Shown: positions 9,257 to 17,573 of the stretch, one piece after another | Position numbering within the stretch: the first letter of the stretch is position 1 | Layout: each line of letters starts with the position of its first letter | Source: an uncultured Candidatus Saccharibacteria bacterium | Lineage (GTDB): Bacteria > Patescibacteriota > Doudnabacteria > UBA920 | Assembly (NCBI GenBank): GCA_964505635.1 | Contig: CAZDIP010000005.1 | Location: 793-63,623, forward strand | Direction: 5' to 3' | Length of the DNA: 62,831 nucleotides | Notes under the pieces: generated by a model | The model's database searches: none | Told to the model about the DNA's origin: nothing | Seen by the model: only the letters and a program-made list of their open reading frames with translations | Program-made: the position numbers and the translations under genes

Positions 9257-9261
9257 ACCGT

Positions 9262-9459
9262 TTAGGCGCGCTGTACGTTGACAGCGTTAGGACCTTTGGG
9301 GGATTCTTCCACATCAAAGCTTACAGTGTCGCCTTCGTTAAGTTCTTCGAAGGTAACGCCGACTAAAGATTTGCTGTGAAAAAATAAGTCTTTTTCCTGG
9401 CCGGCTACGGTTATAAAACCAAAGCCTTTGTCAGTCTTTTTCTTGATTACACCGTTCAT
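9262..9459 (-). CDS. cold-shock protein (CspA family, S1-like OB fold)
   Basis: KGFGFITVAGQEKDLFFHSKSL contains the RNP1-like KGFGFI motif. 65 aa. Confidence 0.92.
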   Translation of the reverse strand: MNGVIKKKTDKGFGFITVAGQEKDLFFHSKSLVGVTFEELNEGDTVSFDVEESPKGPNAVNVQRA

Positions 9460-9665
9460 TGGATTGTATAAAGTTAAAAAAATTAAATTGCAAATTAAGT
9501 ATGTTTGGGAAATTCGACCAAGTTTCTATACATAAGTGTTTGCTGTGTAATCATGCCATAAATTACCAATTGTGTCAAAGGGTGTTTTTTTAAATAAACC
9601 AAATATTTTTTTGTTTGACTGACTATACTGATGGTGGACAAGCGGAGAACTGGTTGAACTCTTTT

Positions 9666-10016
9666 CTAGAGTATATGCGGAAATTTGCCCCTAGAGCTAG
9701 GATTTATATTTGACTTTTCCTCAATAAATATAATTTCCAAATCCTTTTTTTCTTCTCCCAACTTGGCGGAGTTATTAACTCTCCAACTTTCAAGGCCAGG
9801 GCGAAGACGATTTAATTCAGAAATAAACCAATCGAAGTTTTTTTGGACAAAGATAATGTATTCTTTATAGGCAGGATGATTTTTGTCAATGAATATTTTT
9901 TTACCAACTTTTTTTATAAAAGGTGTCTCTTTTGGGAAAAAATCTAACATGCACATTGATTTACCATTACGTTGAGTCATAAAAGCCTGTGGAAAAGTCA
10001 TTTGTACAAATTTCAC
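9666..10016 (-). CDS. hypothetical protein
   Basis: 116-aa AT-rich ORF with no recognisable motif. Confidence 0.4.
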   Translation of the reverse strand: MKFVQMTFPQAFMTQRNGKSMCMLDFFPKETPFIKKVGKKIFIDKNHPAYKEYIIFVQKNFDWFISELNRLRPGLESWRVNNSAKLGEEKKDLEIIFIEEKSNINPSSRGKFPHIL

Positions 10017-10229
10017 TATAGTATAGTATAATAAAGTTATCTAATTATGCACAGCTTTAGGCTGTCTCTCATAAAACAAAAATTCAATGCAAGAGCTAAA
10101 CCCCCTCTTATTTAAAGTTAATTTTTTATTGACAAAAATCTTAATTTACCCTAAAATGGTAAGTCCCTGTCACAGGGGTTAAGCTTTATAGTCTTTTAAT
10201 AATATATCGCCCTGACATGAGGTAGTCTT

Positions 10230-10324
10230 TGGAGGAGGGTGGGAGATTTGAACTCCCGAAACCTGCGGTAACAGGTTTACTAGTTTTGGAGACTAGCGCT
10301 ATCGACCAGCTCAGCCAACCCTCC
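10230..10324 (-). tRNA. class II tRNA (22-nt variable arm) with apparent anticodon CCA
   Basis: Manual cloverleaf: GGAGGGT TG GCTG AGCTGGTCGA TAGC G CTAGT CTCCAAA ACTAG T-AAACCTG-TTACCG-CAGGTTT-C GGGAG TTCAAAT CTCCC ACCCTCC T CCA. The CCA end is encoded. G18G19 and the T-loop are present. Discriminator is U. Confidence 0.8.
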
Positions 10325-10469
10325 TGAAAGTCTACCTCACGTCTAGGCAATATAAAAACTGCTTAGAAAAATTTGTTTTCAAAAAGCGATGGTCTAACTT
10401 TTTAACGACAATTATTGGTTCGACCTATTTGCTTAACGGATACCAGACGTTTACTACAACGTCTGGTAT

Positions 10470-10598
10470 TTACTTTTGTCTAGGAACTCGAATGTGTTCA
10501 ACTTCAGTAGTCTTGGGCCGACGTTTGGCCTCTTCTATCTTTATAAACCTACCGTTACCAGAATCTCTTCCAACTTTTACGGTATAAGTTTTACTCAT
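10470..10598 (-). CDS. candidate small basic protein (42 aa)
   Basis: Not in the track. AAGGAG lies 11 nt upstream of the ATG. Translation: MSKTYTVKVGRDSGNGRFIKIEEAKRRPKTTEVEHIRVPRQK. A hairpin at 10441-10469 follows the stop. Confidence 0.5.
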   Translation of the reverse strand: MSKTYTVKVGRDSGNGRFIKIEEAKRRPKTTEVEHIRVPRQK

Positions 10599-11104
10599 TG
10601 TTACAACTTCTCCTTACGCTAGACCATCGCTTTATAAAAAACAAAAATCTACCCTAGTGACCAGCCCGCTTAAACTACATTTCTGTAGCTCTCGACGGTG
10701 TTTTTGCCAACACCCGCCAAAATCCCAAATTTTTGTGCGAGCGTGGTCACTACGATAGACTTTAAGTGTAGAAAGAATTTGGGAAAACTTCTAAACTTAC
10801 AACGTCCCTGGCAAAAGGGCTAAATTGTTCTTTACCGATAATATATTATACCCACATCCGAAACCTGTCAAATATAAAATTAGAGTTTGTATACTTTTTT
10901 ATTATAACATACCTTTTTTTAAAAAAATACTACTTATCCCCATATAGAAATCGAAGCCAAACAAAAACCCCCATCTAATAAGATGCGGGATGCTTATAAG
11001 TATGATGCTTGATATGAAAATGCCAAGTGTTTAACTAGTAGTTAAACACCAAATTATCCTATAACTAAAAGGCTTTTAGGAAAAAAGTATAAAAAAACCG
11101 CATC

Positions 11105-11504
11105 TGGTGGAGATGGGGGGAGTTAAACCCCCGTCCAGAACTTATTCATTTCCAAATTGTTCACAAGCTTAGTTTGCTTTATTTGCTTTGATGAATATAA
11201 GCGAACAAAACATCATCAAAGTTGATTTACTGTGCCTTAGCTTTAAAAGGTAAATCAGCCTTTAAAGAGCAGTCCAAAATTAGCATAAGGATCCTTAACT
11301 AGGACGAATTAAGGCTTATGTGTTGCTACTTAAATTAAGCGGCAACAGGAGCAAAAGCAAGATCAGCAGCTTTGAAGGCTGCGACTACTTTGTTCCAAGA
11401 ATTTTCAACAGCATTTGTTGATGTCCATAGGATTTACGAGACTATAGACTGGCTCGGCTTGCGTATTTAGAAATGTCAAAGACCTGTCAAAAACCGTCAT
11501 CCCC
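11105..11504 (-). ncRNA. ssrA: tmRNA (SsrA)
   Basis: 5' GGGGATGACGG... pairs with 3' ...CATCTCCACCA and includes the G3:U70 pair. T-arm is GGGGGTTTAACTCCCCC. The internal tag frame GCA GCC TTC AAA GCT GCT GAT CTT GCT TTT GCT CCT GTT GCC GCT TAA gives AAFKAADLAFAPVAA* (about 11335-11382). smpB is present at 18229-18657. Confidence 0.9.
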
Positions 11505-11513
11505 AAGGCCAAC

Positions 11514-11542
11514 ATTATATCAAATTTAGTTACTGTTGACAA
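11514..11542 (-). promoter_or_regulatory. ssrA promoter
   Basis: On the minus strand: TTGTCA, 17 nt, TATAAT, then 9 nt before the GGGG 5' end of the tmRNA. Confidence 0.65.
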
Positions 11543-11564
11543 TACTACAGAAATGTGGTATTTT
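11536..11564 (+). promoter_or_regulatory. promoter of the 96-aa gene, divergent from ssrA
   Basis: TTGACA (11536-11541), 17 nt, TATTTT (11559-11564). Its -35 overlaps the ssrA -35 on the other strand. Confidence 0.55.
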
Positions 11565-11661
11565 TATATGTTTGAGTTAGAAATTATTAGGGAGGAAAAA
11601 CTATAGAATAAAAAAAGCATCTGCCCACCATTATGCCTAGGCTCGAGTTGTAAGGAGATTT

Positions 11662-11952
11662 ATGAAGAACTTGGTGGGCAAGGAAGTTTTTTGGCTGGGG
11701 AATGTGTTCATTGTGACCATCGACCAGCAACGCAGTGGGCTCGTGGAAAGTCTGGAACACGAGCTTGATTTCTGCGGGGTACATTCCGGACCAGCGGCTA
11801 TGTACGGCAATGTGACAAAGATGGATGCTAAGGGAAACCTTACCGTTCGCTTTTTGTCTGCTGCCGGCAGCGAGCAGGGCGAGAGCTGTGATCCCAAGTA
11901 CAACTTCTATATACCGAAAGGTATGTACGTGGTTGTTTCGTGGGGGAAGTAG
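11662..11952 (+). CDS. hypothetical protein (96 aa)
   Basis: AAGGAG lies 5 nt before the ATG, with its own promoter and a terminator at 12001-12030. No family recognised. Overlapping alternative-frame ORFs in the track are judged spurious. Confidence 0.6.
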   Translation: MKNLVGKEVFWLGNVFIVTIDQQRSGLVESLEHELDFCGVHSGPAAMYGNVTKMDAKGNLTVRFLSAAGSEQGESCDPKYNFYIPKGMYVVVSWGK

Positions 11953-12000
11953 TTCTTTTCCAGCAAAGGTTGGTAATTACCTCCGAAATTACTGGGTTTG

Positions 12001-12030
12001 CCAGTTGTCCTAAACAACTGGTTTTGTTTT
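12001..12030 (+). terminator. intrinsic terminator
   Basis: CCAGTTGT-cctaa-ACAACTGG followed by TTTTGTTTT. Confidence 0.8.
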
Positions 12031-12097
12031 ACAGAAATTGGATATTACGCCTTAAGATGCGTTTTTATTTTGGCAAGATAAATGTTATTATTTTCTT

Positions 12098-12727
12098 ATG
12101 AACTATTTACCTGAATTTTTAGCAATCGCGTCGCTTCATCTTTTGGCGGTTATGAGTCCGGGCCCGGATTTTGTTTTAATCAGCAAGAATAGCCTGGTAT
12201 ATTCCAGAAAAAGCGCAATTTATACGGCTTTGGGTTTGGCTTTTGGCATCGCGGTGCACGTAACTTATTCACTTATTGGCATTGCGTACATAATTTCCAA
12301 GTCCATAGTAATCTTTTCTGCAATTAAATTTTTAGGCGCGGGATATTTAATTTACATTGGCCTAAAGTCCCTAGGCGCAACGCCAACCGAGAATATTGGC
12401 AGCGACATAGCAGCAGAAGCAAAAATACACAGTTGGTCTGCAATAAAAACCGGCTTTTTAACCAATGTCTTAAACCCTAAGGCGACGCTGTTTTTTTTAG
12501 CCGTGTTTACTCAGGTTATAGATAAAAATACGCCGGTGTTTGTGAAAGTCTTATATGGCTTGGAAATGTCTACCATGACTTTTATCTGGTTTTCGTTTGT
12601 GGCAGCAGTGCTTTCCCACAGTAAAATAAAAGAAAAATTTACTAAAATTCAACACCACGTGGAAAGAGGAATGGGTGCGGTTTTAATTGCTTTAGGGATC
12701 AAGGTTGCTTTATTAAAAGATAAATAA
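12098..12727 (+). CDS. LysE/RhtB family amino-acid exporter
   Basis: N-terminal LLAVMSPGPDFVLISKNSL motif. 209 aa with 5-6 TM helices. Confidence 0.85.
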   Translation: MNYLPEFLAIASLHLLAVMSPGPDFVLISKNSLVYSRKSAIYTALGLAFGIAVHVTYSLIGIAYIISKSIVIFSAIKFLGAGYLIYIGLKSLGATPTENIGSDIAAEAKIHSWSAIKTGFLTNVLNPKATLFFLAVFTQVIDKNTPVFVKVLYGLEMSTMTFIWFSFVAAVLSHSKIKEKFTKIQHHVERGMGAVLIALGIKVALLKDK

Positions 12728-12734
12728 TACATTT

Positions 12735-13283
12735 ATGCATTATGTGGAAATAAAAGAGTCAGGGTTGGCAAAATATTTGTTTTCTTCCAGCAACTTTGCC
12801 TGGTTTTGGCTAATTGCCCGCGTTTACGTGGGCTATGAATGGCTCATGGCAGGCTGGGGCAAGTTAGGCCAGGCGGCTTGGACAGGGGACAAAGCCGGCG
12901 CGGCTGTCAGCGGTTTTTTGCAGGGCGCGCTTAACAAAACTTCCGGCGCCCACCCCGACGTTTCAGGCTGGTACGGCTGGCTTATAGAAAACGTAGCATT
13001 GCCTAATACTTCCTTTGTATCGCATTTGGTAGTCTATGGCGAAATTTTAGTCGGCGTAGCGTTAATTTTGGGAGCCTTTACCGGCATTGCGGCGTTTTTT
13101 GGCAGCTTTATGAATTTAAATTATTTATTTGCCGGCACGGTCAGCGTAAATCCTTTATTGTTGCTTATCCAGTTGTTTTTAATTTTAGCCTGGAAAAACG
13201 CGGGCTGGTATGGTTTGGACAGGTTGCTTTTGTTTTTGCTTGGCGCGCCGTGGGACAAAGGCCGAATTTTTAAAAAGGATTAA
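12735..13283 (+). CDS. DoxX family membrane protein
   Basis: RVYVGYEWLMAGWGKL, VVYGEILVGVALILG and GWYGLD segments are typical of DoxX/DoxD-like proteins. Confidence 0.65.
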   Translation: MHYVEIKESGLAKYLFSSSNFAWFWLIARVYVGYEWLMAGWGKLGQAAWTGDKAGAAVSGFLQGALNKTSGAHPDVSGWYGWLIENVALPNTSFVSHLVVYGEILVGVALILGAFTGIAAFFGSFMNLNYLFAGTVSVNPLLLLIQLFLILAWKNAGWYGLDRLLLFLLGAPWDKGRIFKKD

Positions 13284-13289
13284 AATTAA

Positions 13290-13312
13290 ACCCCGCTAAA
13301 GCGGGTCTTTTG
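13290..13312 (+). terminator. intrinsic terminator
   Basis: CCCGC-taaa-GCGGG followed by TCTTTTG. Confidence 0.7.
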
Positions 13313-13326
13313 TTATAATATAGTTA

Positions 13327-14021
13327 ACTGACCGGCCGGCACAACAAGATGCCGGCTATGGGAGAATTTTGAAAAAGAAAGGAAAAGGAGGCCTATATGG
13401 CGGCCCTTTGGCAAGGCCGAGAATTCCCGTCGCTGTTGCCCGGCTTTAGGCCGGGTGAGGCGGCAAGTTTAGGGATAAGCCGTACCGGAGCTTGGCTCCG
13501 GGGGTTCCTTTAGCGGGAGATCCCGAGTAGTAATTTGGAAGTACGTTGTGCCTATGATGGTGTCGGCGCTGTGCACCTATGGCGCTACGCTTTGGATGAA
13601 GCAACAAGAGATTTCAGTGTGGTGCGACGTCTTGCTTAAGTGGCTGTCTGAAAATGGCAGCTTTTATGCAAGCGTCATGCTGTGTTCGGGCTTCATACCC
13701 AAAGCGCAACGTACTGTTGAGGAAGGTTCGGAATCACTGCTTCAGCTGGTGATAGTTGAATGTGTAGACACAACCCTTCGTTGCGGGTTGTTTTATGCAT
13801 CTTCACTCTTTCCGGAATGGGAAGAGGAAATCACTGCTTGGGGCAGTCTGGGTCTTGACCTGGTGTTTTTGGCTCTGGTGGAAAAGAGCCATTGCCTGGT
13901 TGAGATTTCCCGTACCATCGTAAGGAGCTTAAGGCCGGCCAGGCCTTTGTCTTTGGGTCTGGCTTAACACCCCCATGGAATAAAAAGAGGCGGGAACAAC
14001 GCTGTACGCGTTCCCGCCTCA
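13327..14021 (+). ncRNA. candidate large structured RNA (about 700 nt), class unknown
   Basis: GC-enriched block in AT-rich surroundings. An extended -10 (TGtTATAAT) sits at 13311-13319. There are at least 8 strong local hairpins, and the block ends in a 10-bp hairpin at 13987-14020. The only long ORF (13548-13967) is Cys/Trp-rich and atypical for this genome. Confidence 0.45.
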
Positions 14022-14135
14022 AAACCCCCTTATATCAAGAATAAAAAATTTTATAGCCTTTAATTAAGCCAAGCAAACACTTTTTATTGAAGCATTGTAC
14101 TTGTTAAAATGTTATAATGTTATTAACGCATACGC

Positions 14136-15593
14136 ATGCGTTTTATTATTGTAATTTATTTCATGCCAGGAAAAAAATTCGAAAAAGAATCGGCTATCCG
14201 CAAGCATTATAAAATCGGAATTGAATTGGAAATGTTTACTTTAGATAAGAAAGGTTATGTTTCCAATAACGGAGAAAAGTTCATTAAAAAATTGGAAGTC
14301 TCCAACCCTGAGCTGGGTATTAAAAAAGAGTGCGGTAGCAATATGCTGGAGTTAGAGAGCCTGCCGGAAATTTATGTGCCTGACTTAATGGAAGAGGTGG
14401 TGGGCAAGCTGGAAAAACTTTTAGTTTTAACTGAAAAAGAAAATTTGTTTATTTATCCTTTCGGGACTTACCCCGGCGCTTTCACGCCTAAAATCAGTCA
14501 GGGCCGGCGCTATATATTGCAGCAAAAACTTTTTGGCAAGCAAAAATTTATGATTGCCGCCCGCTGCTGCGGGTTGCATTGCCATTATTCCTTGCCCTGG
14601 GGCATGTTTGACGGAGAGGAAAAAGACATAAAAAATTTAGTTAAGTCCAAAAATAAGGAAAGCTTGCTTAATATATATAACCTGTTTATTGCCATGGACC
14701 CGGCGCTTACAACCTTTACCCAATCTTCGCCTTTTTACCAGGGAAAATTTTTAGGCAAAGATTCCCGGGTCGTTGTTTACCGGGGCGGACAAGTTTTTAA
14801 TTACCCGCAAGGGCTTTATGCTGACTACGAAAAGTTTGGTGGTTTGCAGGGATATGTAAATACCAATACCGATTTGCAGCATGTAATTCAAGATAGGTAT
14901 GTAAATTGGGACAGTCTGCTGGAAAAATTCAGCGCAAAGGCGCAGGAGCTTTTAAAGCACGGTTCCCGTCTGGATACCACTTGGAATCCGGTAAAAATTA
15001 ACGCACACGGTACAACCGAGCAGCGAGGCATGGACGCCAATTACCCGAGCGTAATTGTAGCCGTATGCCTGCTTATAAAATATATTTCCCTGCAGGTACA
15101 AGAACAGTTTATTAAGGTTGCAGCTTCGGACGAGGCCGTAAAACAGCCTTTCAAATATGAAAACGGAAGCATTTTAATCCCGCCGGACAGCCATGTAATA
15201 AATTATTTGCAGCCGAAAGCCGCTCTTGAAGGTTTGGCTAACGAAGATGTTTATAATTATTGTGCGGCTTTATTTCGCCTGGGAAAAATTTTTGTCCCCG
15301 AAGACAGGCTGGAATTATTACAACCTTTAAAAAATATGCTTGACGAGAAGAAAACGGTTTCCGATAAAATTTTGTCGAAAGCCAAATCTTTGGGAGTAAA
15401 ATTAGAAGAGGGGATTTCAGAATCCAAAGCCGCGGAATTGGCTTTGTATTTTTCCGAACAGCTCAGGGAAGATGTTTTTAAAACAAAGCAGGCTTTGGAA
15501 AAATTTCACAGTTCAACAAATGTAATTTCTTTGTCGGCAGCATTAATTTCAGCCAACATTGTCACCGCGGCATGTTCCGCCGCGTTTATATAA
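14136..15593 (+). CDS. glutamate-cysteine ligase family 2 (GCS2) / carboxylate-amine ligase-like protein
   Basis: IGIELEMFTLD and CGLHCHYSLP motifs resemble YbdK/GCS2 enzymes. The more likely start is the ATG at 14163 (MPGKKFEKES). Confidence 0.65.
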   Translation: MRFIIVIYFMPGKKFEKESAIRKHYKIGIELEMFTLDKKGYVSNNGEKFIKKLEVSNPELGIKKECGSNMLELESLPEIYVPDLMEEVVGKLEKLLVLTEKENLFIYPFGTYPGAFTPKISQGRRYILQQKLFGKQKFMIAARCCGLHCHYSLPWGMFDGEEKDIKNLVKSKNKESLLNIYNLFIAMDPALTTFTQSSPFYQGKFLGKDSRVVVYRGGQVFNYPQGLYADYEKFGGLQGYVNTNTDLQHVIQDRYVNWDSLLEKFSAKAQELLKHGSRLDTTWNPVKINAHGTTEQRGMDANYPSVIVAVCLLIKYISLQVQEQFIKVAASDEAVKQPFKYENGSILIPPDSHVINYLQPKAALEGLANEDVYNYCAALFRLGKIFVPEDRLELLQPLKNMLDEKKTVSDKILSKAKSLGVKLEEGISESKAAELALYFSEQLREDVFKTKQALEKFHSSTNVISLSAALISANIVTAACSAAFI

Positions 15594-15597
15594 AAAT

Positions 15598-16227
15598 TTA
15601 TTTTAACAAGGATCTCAAATTTTTAATTTTGTTTTCCGTAATCTCCCATTCGTAAATGTCGGTATTGGCTATGTCTTTATCCGTGTCGTAAGCCCTAAAA
15701 ATTCTCGGGATTTCCGGGAAGTGGAACAATAAAAGCCTTATAACCCCGTTGTGGGTAACTATGCCTATATTTTTATGGTCGTAGTTAACTACAATATCTA
15801 AAATCGCGCTAATGGTTCTTTGTCTGACGTCGTCTACGTTTTCTCCGCCAAACGGGCGATAGTTGTAAGATTGCATAGCCTCATTTTCTCGATTATCCGG
15901 CAAAAGTTTGTCCCATTCTTCCTGGGTTTTGCCGGTTAAGCTGCCAAAATCCCTTTCCCTGAGCCTAAAGTCGTGCAAAATTGGCACCGGTTCTTCCAGT
16001 GCCTGGTCTAAAATGGCCGCGCTTTCTTCCGCCCTGCGCAAATAGGATGTAAAAATTACGTCTAAGTCCAGACGTTTTATAATTGGGATTAAATTTTGCA
16101 TCTGCAGCACGCCTTTAGTGTCTAAGTAATCGTCTATCTGCACGCCTTGGCGGATGCGTTTTTTGTTGCTCGTGGTTTCGCCGTGTCGGATAAAGTAGAG
16201 GACAGTGGAATTTCTAATTTTTAGCAT
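15598..16227 (-). CDS. histidine phosphatase (phosphoglycerate mutase-like) family protein
   Basis: LYFIRHGETTSNKK (RHG catalytic motif) and a downstream VTHNGVIR (H). Confidence 0.85.
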   Translation of the reverse strand: MLKIRNSTVLYFIRHGETTSNKKRIRQGVQIDDYLDTKGVLQMQNLIPIIKRLDLDVIFTSYLRRAEESAAILDQALEEPVPILHDFRLRERDFGSLTGKTQEEWDKLLPDNRENEAMQSYNYRPFGGENVDDVRQRTISAILDIVVNYDHKNIGIVTHNGVIRLLLFHFPEIPRIFRAYDTDKDIANTDIYEWEITENKIKNLRSLLK

Positions 16228-16276
16228 AACAAAAAATCGTAAAATTACGTTTTGGAATAACTAAGCTTTTACAAAC

Positions 16277-16651
16277 TTACTTTTTTTTCTTTACAGCCTG
16301 CTTTTTGGGTGTTTTAGCCTTGGTTGCTTCTTTGATTTTGGCGGCAATGCCGGTATAGTAGCCTTTAAGTTCCTTCCCAAGTTTTTCCAAATCCTGCTTG
16401 TCTACGGATTTTATTTTTTTATATTCGGTTATAACCTGGGAAACCGCCTTGTCGTACATGGGCCTAGATACTGTTTTTAGCCGCTTTACCTCTTTTAGCA
16501 CATCGGTTTTAGCCTGTTTAACCCATTTGCTTGCCTGAGCCTGATGTTTTTTGCCGTCTTTGCCAAAAAAATAGTAAGCTCCGGCTGCTGCAGCGGCTAG
16601 TGCCATTATGCCTGCTGCTCCTGCTTTGGCTGCGCTGTGACTTTTTGCCAT
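16277..16651 (-). CDS. hypothetical protein, YtxH-like (N-terminal anchor plus Lys-rich helices)
   Basis: The anchor AGIMALAAAAAGAYYFF is followed by charged helical sequence. Confidence 0.5.
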   Translation of the reverse strand: MAKSHSAAKAGAAGIMALAAAAAGAYYFFGKDGKKHQAQASKWVKQAKTDVLKEVKRLKTVSRPMYDKAVSQVITEYKKIKSVDKQDLEKLGKELKGYYTGIAAKIKEATKAKTPKKQAVKKKK

Positions 16652-16684
16652 ATATTTTTACTCCGAGGCGAAAAAATCCGCCAG

Positions 16685-16945
16685 TTATTTTTTATGCCTT
16701 TTGTAGACCGAGTTGAAAAAACTCGCTAAATGTTTTAATTTCATTCCGGCCCGTACGTTTTCTCGCAAATCGGATAAATCTTCAGACAATAAATCGCTTT
16801 CTTTTTTTGCCTTTTGAGAAATATAATTAATTGCTCTGGTAATGCGGACAACATAATAACCCACAATTAACATAACCAAAGTAACAACCACCACTAAAAC
16901 GCTGGTTAGAAAAAAGAAAATATCCTGTTTAATAAAATCACTCAT
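16685..16945 (-). CDS. hypothetical small membrane protein
   Basis: 86 aa with one TM helix (IFFFLTSVLVVVVTLVMLIVGYYVV). Confidence 0.5.
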   Translation of the reverse strand: MSDFIKQDIFFFLTSVLVVVVTLVMLIVGYYVVRITRAINYISQKAKKESDLLSEDLSDLRENVRAGMKLKHLASFFNSVYKRHKK

Positions 16946-16996
16946 AGTTTAAGTACAATAGAGTTGTTTAGATTATATTAATTGCGGCATTGTTTG

Positions 16997-17503
16997 TTAT
17001 TTATAGTAACTTTTAACTTCGTAAAGGACATAAAGCGACAAAAGCGTGCCGATTATTAAACTGCCAAAGTCCATGGCGATTAAGCTGCCAACAGCCGAAA
17101 CTAAAATTGAGTATAAAATTAGCCGCCAGCCCCCAATTTGCCTCTTAAAGAGTCCTGGCAATGCCATGGCTTCTAAAATCAGGGCAAAAAGGCTAATGGC
17201 GCCGGTTATAAAATACATTCCTCCGGAATGCACTCTGCCGTACATCATGGCCACGGGCGTAAAAACAGCTGTCAGCCCCAAAGCTATTAACATTGCCGGA
17301 ATGGCAATAACCATGAGAATTAAGGTTATCCAAGGACCGAATTTAACAATAAATTCTTTTAAGCCCGTTGGCAGATGAAAGGTTATCTTAGCGTAAACTT
17401 TGCCGATTTCTTCCTCAATTTGCATGAGAAAACCATGATGGCCGCCTGGATTCGTTCCCGGGTTTGGAGCTTGTTGATTATTGGCCCCATTAAAATTATC
17501 CAT
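16997..17503 (-). CDS. hypothetical polytopic membrane protein
   Basis: 168 aa with 3-4 TM helices and a Gly/Pro/Asn-rich N-terminus. Confidence 0.55.
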   Translation of the reverse strand: MDNFNGANNQQAPNPGTNPGGHHGFLMQIEEEIGKVYAKITFHLPTGLKEFIVKFGPWITLILMVIAIPAMLIALGLTAVFTPVAMMYGRVHSGGMYFITGAISLFALILEAMALPGLFKRQIGGWRLILYSILVSAVGSLIAMDFGSLIIGTLLSLYVLYEVKSYYK

Positions 17504-17573
17504 ATTAAATTATAGTATTAATAATATAATTAATTATAGCACGGTTTATTCAAACAAGCATTTTTTAAAGCAC

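Noticed and set aside
11587-12013. Three overlapping ORFs (11587-11784 minus, 11637-11903 minus, 11825-12013 plus) around the 96-aa gene
   Set aside because: Only 11662-11952 has a promoter, an RBS and a terminator. The others are alternative-frame or antisense shadows.
13548-13967. 139-aa ORF (GTG start) in the 13.3-14.0 kb block
   Set aside because: It is Cys/Trp-rich, has no RBS, and sits in hairpin-dense GC-rich sequence. I treat it as a by-product of a structured noncoding region.
13327-14021. RNase P RNA, SRP RNA or a group II intron as the identity of the GC-rich blocks (also 30765-30985 and 58947-59320)
   Set aside because: I looked for GGAAAGUCCGG and ACAGAA..GGCUUA (RNase P), GGAAGCAGCC-type SRP domain IV, and GUGYG plus a domain V hairpin (group II intron). 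I found only loose resemblances such as GAGGAAGGTTCGG. That is not enough to call any of them, and a covariance-model scan is needed.
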